The position numbers and the translations under genes are program-made. DNA of 64,000 bases from assembly GCA_963663165.1 (NCBI GenBank), contig OY760175.1, positions 96,001 through 160,000 on the forward strand, read 5' to 3'. This document shows positions 9,588 through 18,291 of the stretch, one piece after another. The notes beneath the pieces were generated by a model, which did no database searches, had not been told where the DNA came from, and saw only the letters and a list, made by a program, of their open reading frames with translations. Source of the stretch: an uncultured Desulfospira sp. Lineage in GTDB: Bacteria; Desulfobacterota; Desulfobacteria; Desulfobacterales; Desulfobacteraceae. Within the stretch, counting starts at the first letter, position 1. Every line of letters starts with the position of its first letter.

Positions 9588-10802
9588 TCATGAAAACAGC
9601 GAAAACAGCCCTTTTTTGGGGTTCTTGGGATCAGTTCCGGACCTGGACCGGATATCGGAAAGGACCGTGTTCATCTGGCTGACGATGGGGTCTTTTTCAT
9701 TGGATTCGGCCTGGTATTTCCGGACATAGGCCAGTATTTTTTCAATGTCTTCCAGTATGGCCGACAGGGGCCGGTTGCCTAAAATATCCCCCACACGGGT
9801 GAGCACCTTGGTGCAATATTCGCAACTGCCCTGGATAAAAAAAGTCTTTTTGCTCTTCACGTCATCCATGCCCTTTAATGCCGCTTCAACGGCCTTGAGG
9901 TTGTCGTCGGCCTGGGCCTTGGGATGAAAATTCAAAAAAAGGGTTTTGGCGGGCGCTTCTAAGTCCTGCACGCTTTCCTCAAACAGCGAATCTGCCCGGT
10001 CCCCTAACTCCTGGCTGATATTGGTTCGAATGGATTGAAAAATATCGCTGAACACCGTAAAAACAGTGGACAGATCGTCAGGGTCCTCAACCGGGGCGAG
10101 TTCTTTTTGCTCAATCAGTCCCGATGAAATAACAGAAAAAAAGATTTTATAAACGGCAAACTCATCATACCCGCTTTCCTGGATCACCTGGCGCACGGAA
10201 CGGGCACCGTCAATCAGAGAAAGGACCCGCCATTCATTGGCATTAAGCTTGATTTCTTCTTTGCTCTTAACCTTACCCGACATTTTAAACACCAGCCGGT
10301 CTGAGGTAATGACCTTTTTGAGGACGGAAAGCTCATCAATCCGCCGGGAGGCCTCCAGGATCAGCTTCATGGGGTTGAGCTGGGTGACGATCATGCTTTT
10401 TAAGTTGAGCCGGGCATCCCGGTAATCAAAGCGCCCCCTTTCCCAGAACAGCAGGTCATACAGGACCGCCTCCACCTGCCGGGTATTGTATTTTTTAAGG
10501 GTTTCAAGGGAAATATACCCTTTTTCCACCAGAACTTTGCCGATGTGAACCTTGCTTTCTCTGGCATCGGCCAGGCATTTTTGAAGCTGCTGGGCCGATA
10601 TGATCCCATCGGTTCTCAGCAAAAAGCCCAACCGGGCCTGCTTCAATGAAGCCGTTGCATAAACAATGGTGCCCTGGTCAAAAAACACCCGGCTTTCCTC
10701 GCCTTCGCGTTTGACCGTCAATATTCCGGTTTTCTGGTCATTGCACAAAAGCTGGAGAATGCCGGCAAGGGTTAACCCTTCAAAATCCCCCTGAAGATTC
10801 AT
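9588..10802 (-). CDS. DUF4388 (PATAN-like) domain protein
   Basis: MNLQGDFEGLTLAGILQLL...KTGIL...VFFDQGTIVYA...RLGFLL...LLFWERGRFDY...LILEASRRIDE; ends KKGLFSLFS. Confidence 0.85.
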   Translation of the reverse strand: MNLQGDFEGLTLAGILQLLCNDQKTGILTVKREGEESRVFFDQGTIVYATASLKQARLGFLLRTDGIISAQQLQKCLADARESKVHIGKVLVEKGYISLETLKKYNTRQVEAVLYDLLFWERGRFDYRDARLNLKSMIVTQLNPMKLILEASRRIDELSVLKKVITSDRLVFKMSGKVKSKEEIKLNANEWRVLSLIDGARSVRQVIQESGYDEFAVYKIFFSVISSGLIEQKELAPVEDPDDLSTVFTVFSDIFQSIRTNISQELGDRADSLFEESVQDLEAPAKTLFLNFHPKAQADDNLKAVEAALKGMDDVKSKKTFFIQGSCEYCTKVLTRVGDILGNRPLSAILEDIEKILAYVRKYQAESNEKDPIVSQMNTVLSDIRSRSGTDPKNPKKGLFSLFS

Positions 10803-11217
10803 GGCTGCTGTCCTTTTTCACTCGTGACGGCTGTATGCCCCCGGTCTGTTTAACCGCCGGCGGATGGCTTTATTGCCATTCCCTCCATTGGACTGGTTTT
10901 CCGCCGGTGGGCAATTTAGCCTTTCAAATTAAAAAGGATATAAAACAAAAAAAAATGAAATACAAGGATCGTTGGAGCGGCGGTGGGGAAATGGGATTCA
11001 CAACCCTAAACCCATTAAGCCTTCAGCCTGATTTTTTTAATTGCAACCCCAATCTTTGAAAATAAGGATTAGGTCTATAAAATTGAATTCTGGCCGTTCA
11101 ATTCAGATACAACATATGGCGGTCGGCTGATTTTTGAAAAAAGCAGGAGTTATAGAATTATGTGTCGTTCTGCGATTCCTTAAACGTTCTGATCCTTTGT
11201 AATTTTAACGTAAACAT

Positions 11218-12522
11218 CTACGGCATGACCGTAGAATGTTTTTGTTGTTTTAGAAGCCACTCATATGCTGTCATGACTTCAACCCATTTTGGCAACATAT
11301 CAAAAGGAACTCCCATGTCTCCGGTTATCAACACGCAGTGGCTGTTTTTAACCCTTTTTCTGGCTTTTTCCAATTCGTTTATTTCCCGGCGAAAATTATC
11401 TTGATTTAATGTTTCGGTGACCTGAATAAGAACTGGATTTTTAGTTTCAGGGAAAACAACAAAATCGCACTCATAGCCATTCTTTAAAAAGAAAATAGCT
11501 TCTGTAGTATTGCGGATACCTGTAAAAACCAAATTTTCAAGTAATTTGCCCCGATCCTCTGAAAAAGTATACCGGATACCAGAGGCAATCCCGTTATCAT
11601 AGAGATAGATTTTTTTATTGCTCATCTCTCTTTTCACTACTGCAGGATCATATTTTTCCACATATGTTACCATGTAGATAGAAAATATTTGGTCTATGAG
11701 CCGATAAATTGAGTCTTTACCGATTCTGATTCCCCTGGATTTCAAATCATTGTAAAGTTTGTTAACAGAAAATTCTTTTGTAAATGAACCGATGAGGCGT
11801 TTAATAAGGTATTTTAGAATTGATGCGTCTCGAATCTCATATCTATCCATTAAATCCCGATAGAGCATGACATTAAAATATTCCTGCAAAATGTTTGCTT
11901 TAAAACGATTTTCCATTTCAACCAGCTCGGGGTATCCACCCCAGGTCAGGTATTCATCAAAGCTGCGCTGAATTTTTGCACGATTTTTTGTGGAATATAT
12001 ATCTTTGGAATCAATGCTCCTGAAAGATAAAAATTCCGGGAATGATAAAGGCAGAATCTCAAAAGAAAGGCTTCGTCCTCTTAATGAGGTGGCAATTTCT
12101 TTTGATAGCATTTTTGCATTTGAGCCTGTGAGGAAAATTTTTTTGCTTACTGTGTCATACAGACGACGGACGTATTTTTCCCATTCCGGAATTTCCTGAA
12201 TCTCATCAAAAAAGATATAGAGCTCATCCAATTTCTGATCAGGATAAAGTTCAAGATAGGCATCAAGAATCTGATCATAACCAGCATCAAAATCGAGGCG
12301 CTCATCTTCAAAATTAAGATAAAAAATCTGTTCTCTCTTTATGCCAGCCTTTTCCAAGCTTGCTATGAGTTGAAAAAGATACCATGTTTTTCCAGCTCGG
12401 CGCGGACCTGCGATTGTAACAATTTTGCCCAGATCAAGGGGAACGCTCAAATGTCGTGGCGTAAACGATGGCAGCGGTCTGGAATGAAAATCCTTAATAA
12501 TTGTTTTTAAAATTTGCTTCAT
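11218..12522 (-). CDS. AAA_14 ATPase with DUF4143-type C-terminus
   Basis: GPRRAGKT, YLNFEDER, FFDEIQ, LTGSNAK, GGYPE, KKIYLYDNG, LLENLVF, ECDF; AT-rich relative to flanks. Confidence 0.9.
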   Translation of the reverse strand: MKQILKTIIKDFHSRPLPSFTPRHLSVPLDLGKIVTIAGPRRAGKTWYLFQLIASLEKAGIKREQIFYLNFEDERLDFDAGYDQILDAYLELYPDQKLDELYIFFDEIQEIPEWEKYVRRLYDTVSKKIFLTGSNAKMLSKEIATSLRGRSLSFEILPLSFPEFLSFRSIDSKDIYSTKNRAKIQRSFDEYLTWGGYPELVEMENRFKANILQEYFNVMLYRDLMDRYEIRDASILKYLIKRLIGSFTKEFSVNKLYNDLKSRGIRIGKDSIYRLIDQIFSIYMVTYVEKYDPAVVKREMSNKKIYLYDNGIASGIRYTFSEDRGKLLENLVFTGIRNTTEAIFFLKNGYECDFVVFPETKNPVLIQVTETLNQDNFRREINELEKARKRVKNSHCVLITGDMGVPFDMLPKWVEVMTAYEWLLKQQKHSTVMP

Positions 12523-12797
12523 CGGTTTATTTTCCTTAATCAGGGGAAAATGTCAATAATTATTTGTTTTTCAATAAGGAAAATTTTTATTTTGGAGAAT
12601 TATAACCGGTCCATTTGAACGGCTTGATGTATATTGATTAAGCCAGGTAGGGTAAAATTAAATTGTCAAGTCGGAAATCAGGGATAGAAATATCCCCGAA
12701 TGGTGGACACGTTTTTTGTGTCCGCCATTTGCCAAGAATTCGATTCCATCTGATTCATCGTGAGGGGGCCAGGTGTTATGACTGAAATGGTGGGTGG

Positions 12798-12832
12798 GCT
12801 GAAGGGGAGGGCAACTCTAACTCCCCTTCAGC
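12798..12832. terminator. 12-bp-stem hairpin downstream of icd; possible terminator
   Basis: gctgaaggggag ... ctccccttcagc; no U-tract on the icd strand. Confidence 0.4.
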
Positions 12833-12857
12833 TTTAGGTCTTAATCCTTGTTCTGGC

Positions 12858-15080
12858 TTAAAGGGTATCTATAATCTGGTTTAAGGTTGGGCTCGGCCGC
12901 ATCAGGTTTTGGGCTTTGGCCTCATCGGGCAGATAATAGCCCCCGATATCCCCGGGTTTTCCCTGGGTTTCCATGAGTTCTTTATTGATCATCCCTTCCT
13001 TTTCGGCCATGAGCCGGGCCGGTTCAATGAAAATTTCTTTTAAGGCCGGGTTCTCGGACTGTTCGGCCATGGCCTTGGCCCAGAACAGGGCCAGGTAAAA
13101 GGCGGCTCCCCGGTTATCCGGTTCATTGGCCTTTCTGGACGGGCTTTTTCCCTGTTCAAGATAATCGCCGATGGCCTGGTCTAAGGCCCGGGCAAGAACC
13201 AGGGGTTTATCGCTGCCCGACTGTTTGGCGGCAAGTTCCAGGGACGGCACCAGGGCACAGTATTCACCCAATGAGTCCCACCTGAGATGGCCCTGGTCCA
13301 GGAACTGCTCCACATGCTTGGGGGCTGATCCGCCGGCCCCGGTTTCAAAAAGTCCGCCGCCGTTTAACAGGGGGACAATGGAGAGCATCCGGGCGCTGGT
13401 GCCCAGCTCCAGGATGGGAAACAGGTCGGTCAGGTAATCCCTTAAGACGTTGCCGGTCACGGCAATGGTATCCTGCCCCTGTCTGACCCGGTCCAGGGTA
13501 AATTTGATGGCCTCAACCGGAGACATGATCTGAACATCAAGGCCGGTCAGGTCAAGGCTATCAAGGTTTTTCTTTACTTTCTCAATAATTTGTCTGTCAT
13601 GGCCCCGGTTGGGATCAAGCCAGAAAATCGCCGGTGTCCCGGTGGTCCCGGCACGGGATACCCCTAATTTAACCCAGTCCTGAACCGCGATGTCCTTGGT
13701 CCGGCATACCCTGAAAATATCCCCTTTTTCCACATCCTGGGACAAGAGAAGGTTTCCGGTTTCGTCAACCAGGCGGATAACACCCGGGCCGGCCGCTTCA
13801 AAAGTGGTATCGTGGGAGCCGTACTCTTCGGCCTTTTTGGCCATGAGCCCCACATTGGAAACCGATCCCATGGTTCCCGGATCAAACTGGCCTTTCTCCT
13901 TGCAGTCGTCAATAACGGCCTGGTAAATTCCGGCATAACTTCTGTCCGGGATCATGGCCACGGTATCCTGGAGCTTGCCTTCCTTGTTCCACATCTTGCC
14001 GCCGTCCCGGATCACATTGGGCATGGACGCGTCCACGATCACATTGTTGGGCAGGTGAAGGTTGGTGATTCCCTTGTCTGAGTCCACCATGGCAAGACTG
14101 GCCTTGGCCTCATAAACCTTGTCAATATCCTTTTTGATCTGTTCTCGTTTTTCCTGGGGAAGGGTTTTGATTTTGTCCAGAATAACGGCCAGGCCGTTGT
14201 TGACGTTGACACCGATCTGTTTAAATTCCGGCTCATATTTATCCAGAACATCCTTAAAGTATACGGACACGCAATGGCCGAACAGAACCGGGTCAGACAC
14301 CTTCATCATGGTGGCCTTAAGGTGAAGGGACAACAGGGTCTGATCTGCGGCGGCCCGGTCAATCTGATCGGCATAAAATTGGCGCAAGGCCTGAACATTC
14401 ATGACGGCCGCATCAACCACCTCATCTCGCTCCAGGGAAAGGTCCTGCTTTAACACCGATACCTGACCGTTTTGAGCCTCAAACTCAATCTTTGCCGTGC
14501 AGGCCGTGTCCAACGCAAGGCTTTTTTCCGTGCCGTAAAAATCTTTTTCCGTCATATGGGCCACCCGGGAAAGCGATCCTTTTTCGGGCCAGGGTTTCAT
14601 CATCTTATGGGGGTGTTTACGGGCAAAGGCTTTGACCGAGGCCGCAGCCCGCCGGTCTGCATTGCCTTCTCTTAAGACCGGGTTGACGGCAGACCCCAGG
14701 ATTTTGGCATACCGGGCATAAACAGCCTGTTGTTCGTCGGTTTCCGGTTTCTCCGGAAAATCCGGGATATCATACCCCTTATCCTGAAGCTCTTTGACGG
14801 CAGAGAGCAGCTGGGGCACCGAAGCACTGATATTGGGCAGTTTAATGATATTGGTATCCGCTTTTTGAACCAGGCCGCCAAGCTGGCCTAAGTGGTCCGG
14901 CTGCTGCTGTTCCGGTGTGAGATTCTCGGGAAAGGCCGCAATGATCCGGCCGGCCAGGGAAATATCATAAAGGGTCACCGAAATATCGGCGTGCTTGAGA
15001 AAATTGCGTACTATGGGAAGCAGGGAATATCCCGCCAGGGCAGGGGCCTCGTCGGTCTTGGTCCAGATAATTTCTGTCAT
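12858..15080 (-). CDS. icd: Monomeric NADP-dependent isocitrate dehydrogenase
   Basis: 740 aa; TDEAPALA, NIIKLPNISASVPQL, LGSAVNPVLREGN, HLKATMMKVSDP, FETGAGGSAPKHV. Confidence 0.97.
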   Translation of the reverse strand: MTEIIWTKTDEAPALAGYSLLPIVRNFLKHADISVTLYDISLAGRIIAAFPENLTPEQQQPDHLGQLGGLVQKADTNIIKLPNISASVPQLLSAVKELQDKGYDIPDFPEKPETDEQQAVYARYAKILGSAVNPVLREGNADRRAAASVKAFARKHPHKMMKPWPEKGSLSRVAHMTEKDFYGTEKSLALDTACTAKIEFEAQNGQVSVLKQDLSLERDEVVDAAVMNVQALRQFYADQIDRAAADQTLLSLHLKATMMKVSDPVLFGHCVSVYFKDVLDKYEPEFKQIGVNVNNGLAVILDKIKTLPQEKREQIKKDIDKVYEAKASLAMVDSDKGITNLHLPNNVIVDASMPNVIRDGGKMWNKEGKLQDTVAMIPDRSYAGIYQAVIDDCKEKGQFDPGTMGSVSNVGLMAKKAEEYGSHDTTFEAAGPGVIRLVDETGNLLLSQDVEKGDIFRVCRTKDIAVQDWVKLGVSRAGTTGTPAIFWLDPNRGHDRQIIEKVKKNLDSLDLTGLDVQIMSPVEAIKFTLDRVRQGQDTIAVTGNVLRDYLTDLFPILELGTSARMLSIVPLLNGGGLFETGAGGSAPKHVEQFLDQGHLRWDSLGEYCALVPSLELAAKQSGSDKPLVLARALDQAIGDYLEQGKSPSRKANEPDNRGAAFYLALFWAKAMAEQSENPALKEIFIEPARLMAEKEGMINKELMETQGKPGDIGGYYLPDEAKAQNLMRPSPTLNQIIDTL

Positions 15081-15784
15081 GTTACAGCACCTTGTTGAAA
15101 GTTTGAGATAATTTTTTCATTTATACAGCTTCTTAAAAATTGGTTCATCTGAGTCATATCATTTGATGAATAAAACGCCAGCATCAGCCGGTTGAATTCA
15201 AGCTGGCGCTTAACCGGCACATTGATGACCGGGTATCCTTTATTGAGCAAAATTCCGTTCATCATGAACCGGCCCGTCCGCTTATTGACGTCCCAGAAAA
15301 ACTGTATTCGGGCCATCTTTAAAAATGCGGCAATGGCTTTATCATATACATCCTTTATTAAGTCAACTTCAGATTGGGTCTTTGCCCACATTTCGTCCAG
15401 GGTTTCGGCCGGCGGCGGCTCGTAATCCGATCCGCTGATGGCGACATGGCCTGACCGGAATACCCCCCATTCAAATGCCTCTTCTCTGGCCGCAATGTGG
15501 TGAAGTTCAAGGGCAACGGGTTTTGAAAATTCAAACCGGTTGTCATCCATCAGCTCAAAGAGCCGCTTCCATGCCTTTGCCTGGTTGATCACCATGTTCT
15601 GGTCACTGATTTTATGGCCGCCCACCGTCACCCCGTCCAGAATGGTTTGAACTTCAGGCAGGGTAATGGCCACCCCTTCAAGGTTGACCGCTTCGCAGAC
15701 CAGTGAGGGAACTTCACGAACCGCCAGAGCCTTTGCCAGCCGTTTGTTGGGCGTCATATGCCAGATGGTGTCCACAACAGCCAC
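15077..15784 (-). CDS. Fic/Doc family protein with non-canonical motif (start uncertain)
   Basis: AVNLEG..TLPEVQTILDG, G.FR..V.I.G..Y.PP, QFFWDVNKRTGR in place of HPFxDGNGR; stop overlaps the icd ATG. Confidence 0.85.
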   Translation of the reverse strand: MAVVDTIWHMTPNKRLAKALAVREVPSLVCEAVNLEGVAITLPEVQTILDGVTVGGHKISDQNMVINQAKAWKRLFELMDDNRFEFSKPVALELHHIAAREEAFEWGVFRSGHVAISGSDYEPPPAETLDEMWAKTQSEVDLIKDVYDKAIAAFLKMARIQFFWDVNKRTGRFMMNGILLNKGYPVINVPVKRQLEFNRLMLAFYSSNDMTQMNQFLRSCINEKIISNFQQGAVT

Positions 15785-15787
15785 GAA

Positions 15788-16414
15788 TCAGTCTTTAAAC
15801 ACCAGTTTGCCGCCAATGTGTCCGGCAATTCCGGCACAGGCGGTCATGAAAAGATTCAGGCAGATGAAAATACCGGCGTTTTCAGATGCCAGGACTTTCG
15901 GGTCAATCCAATACCAGACAAGGGCGATAACGGCCGATGCACTGGCTAAAGTGGCGGAAAGGATTTTGGCGATAAAGACAGAGGTCATGGCCTTTCGGTA
16001 TTTTTTGCGCCACTCAAGCCCACCGGTAAACAGCACCACGGGCAGGGAGACAATGGCAAAGATAAGGTTGACCACGGCGGCTTTGGCAAGAAATTCACAG
16101 TGACAGACCCAGGAAAGGAAGAACAGCACAAACGCCACCGGCAGCAGGCCGTTAGGGGAATGCACGGAAATGGGATGAAGATGGTGCCGGACCAGCAGGG
16201 ATTTGATTTTTTCCATCCCGGTTTCCGGTTTCGGAGGGGCAGGGGGAACCGCTTGGGTTTTGGCCGGGGAGGCCTTTGCCCGCTGTTTTTCAGGAATCTG
16301 ATCCTCGCTGATCTCTTTGAATTTGCTTGCCGGAACATTGCAGACCGGGCATTTTTCAGGGGGCTGCTCCCCCCGGTGGATGTAGCCGCATACCGTACAT
16401 TGCCAGATTTTCAT
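15788..16414 (-). CDS. Rubredoxin-like domain fused to a DUF2231-like membrane domain
   Basis: WQCTVCGYIH...PEKCPVC; HPISVHSP; four TM segments; GHIGGKLVF. Confidence 0.8.
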   Translation of the reverse strand: MKIWQCTVCGYIHRGEQPPEKCPVCNVPASKFKEISEDQIPEKQRAKASPAKTQAVPPAPPKPETGMEKIKSLLVRHHLHPISVHSPNGLLPVAFVLFFLSWVCHCEFLAKAAVVNLIFAIVSLPVVLFTGGLEWRKKYRKAMTSVFIAKILSATLASASAVIALVWYWIDPKVLASENAGIFICLNLFMTACAGIAGHIGGKLVFKD

Positions 16415-16593
16415 TTGATAGTCCTCTTCTAGTCCTCAAGTTTAAGATTTTTCATGGTTGACAAAAGGCAGTTTACTATTCATTTATATCCTTGTGAAGC
16501 GGTTTTACCGTTTCTCCTTTCTGCAAACCATAAGACGGCCGTTTTTTCGGTCACTATTTGACCGTTATCCGTCCATATCGGGGAAGCCTTTCA

Positions 16594-17157
16594 ATGCCTG
16601 ATCCGTCCATCCTCATGACCGGTGTTTTTGTCTTTTTTGCCCGAATCTGCGATGTGTCCATCGGAACGGTCCGGACCATTGTCACGGTTCAGGGAAGAAG
16701 CGTTCTGGCCTTTATACTGGCCGTTTGTGAACTCACGATCTGGATTCTGGTGGCCAGCACCGTCATCGGGCAGGTCAAGGAGCAGCCCATTCTGATTATT
16801 TTTTATGCCTTTGGATACGCCACGGGGAATGTCATCGGCATCAAGGTGGAAGCCAAGCTGGCCTTTGGGCTGATCATTCTTCGGGTCATCTGCCGGGAGT
16901 CGGCCAAGACCATTGCCCAGACCCTGAGGGATGCCGGCCAGCCCGTGACCGTATTTACGGGGGAAGGCTTGAAAGGGCCGGTATGGGAGCTTTATATCGC
17001 CTGCCGCAGAAAAGATCTCAAGTGGCTTATTGCCGAAGTTCAGAAAATTGACAAAGAGGCCTTTTATGTGGTGGAGCAGGCCCGAAGCATGAGCAAGGTG
17101 CTGCGTCCCGTCACCACCCCCCTTGGGGGATGGCGCTCTGTCCACAAAAGAAAGTAG
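16594..17157 (+). CDS. UPF0316 / DUF2179 membrane protein
   Basis: FFARICDVSIGTVRTI, E..IW, YAFGYATGN..G, VTVFTGEG. Confidence 0.85.
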   Translation: MPDPSILMTGVFVFFARICDVSIGTVRTIVTVQGRSVLAFILAVCELTIWILVASTVIGQVKEQPILIIFYAFGYATGNVIGIKVEAKLAFGLIILRVICRESAKTIAQTLRDAGQPVTVFTGEGLKGPVWELYIACRRKDLKWLIAEVQKIDKEAFYVVEQARSMSKVLRPVTTPLGGWRSVHKRK

Positions 17158-17303
17158 CCCCGTGGGGGGCTCCCGATTTCACCGGCCCCTGCCTTTGCCG
17201 GCAGCGGTTTGCCCGTTCTTGGCGGCAGTATCCTAAATTAGGCCGGAAAATGATAAATCAAGCCTTGCCATTGCTCTGTATATCCTGGGCGGTTTCATAA
17301 AAT

Positions 17304-18281
17304 TTATGTGAAATGGATACAAGATCTAATCAAATACAGGGAATAGGCGGCATACGAGAGCAGCAGCCCCAGCCCTTCATACCGGTTGATTTGTCCCTGT
17401 CGCCCTTTGAACCCGTAACAGATAATAAAAAGGGAAACCGTCAGGGCCCCCATGACCGGCATGTCCCTTTTCAGCACTTCAGGTGCTATCTCAAGGGGGG
17501 CAATACTGCCGGCAATTCCCACAACCACCAGGGTATTAAACAGGTTGGACCCCAGCACATTGCCCAGGGCGATATCATGCTCCCCTTTACGGGCGGCCAT
17601 CAGGGAAGAGGCCAGTTCCGGCAAAGAGGTCCCCACGGCCACAACGGTCAGGCCGATGACCAGATCGCTGACCCCCAGCAGCCGGCTGATATTCACTGCG
17701 CCCCATACCAGGAGCCGGGAGCTGGCCATGAGCAGCAAAAGCCCAATGACCAGCCAGAAGACGGCCTTGCCGATCCCCATGGTTTTGGATTCAACGTTAA
17801 GCTCAACTTCTCCGGCAAAGGAGTCCGTGGTTTTCTTTTTTCCCTTTATGACGGACCACCCCATAAAAACAAAAAAAATGAGCAGCAGCACCACGGCGTC
17901 ATAAGTGGAGATCACTTTGTCAAAGGCCTGATAAACGGCAACGGCCGTGACAAGGGTCAAGACGGGAAGTTCAGTCTTGAGCACTTCGGAATTGGCGTAG
18001 ATGGGGCTTACCAGGGCGGTGAGCCCCAGAATCAGTGATATATTGGCAATATTTGAGCCGTATGCGTTTCCCAGGGCAATGCCGGGATTTCCCTGCAATG
18101 AGGACATGGCCGAAACCAGCATTTCAGGTGCCGACGTTCCAAACCCGACAATCAGCATGCCGATTAACAAGGGCGGCATCCCCAGGTGTTTTGCCGTGGC
18201 CGCTGCCCCGTCAACAAACCGGTCAGCGCTCCAGACCATCAGCAATAGCCCTGCGGCCATCCCCGACAGATATAGTATCAT
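17304..18281 (-). CDS. Ca2+/Na+ antiporter (YrbG/CaCA family)
   Basis: Two alpha repeats: GTSAPE...GNAYGSN and GTSLPEL...GNVLGSN. Confidence 0.93.
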   Translation of the reverse strand: MILYLSGMAAGLLLMVWSADRFVDGAAATAKHLGMPPLLIGMLIVGFGTSAPEMLVSAMSSLQGNPGIALGNAYGSNIANISLILGLTALVSPIYANSEVLKTELPVLTLVTAVAVYQAFDKVISTYDAVVLLLIFFVFMGWSVIKGKKKTTDSFAGEVELNVESKTMGIGKAVFWLVIGLLLLMASSRLLVWGAVNISRLLGVSDLVIGLTVVAVGTSLPELASSLMAARKGEHDIALGNVLGSNLFNTLVVVGIAGSIAPLEIAPEVLKRDMPVMGALTVSLFIICYGFKGRQGQINRYEGLGLLLSYAAYSLYLIRSCIHFT

Positions 18282-18291
18282 TCTCGCTCCT

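Noticed and set aside
12701..12727. Small hairpin tggtggacac-N7-gtgtccgcca as a REP remnant
   Set aside because: Single, short and not repeated in the window; cannot be distinguished from an ordinary hairpin.
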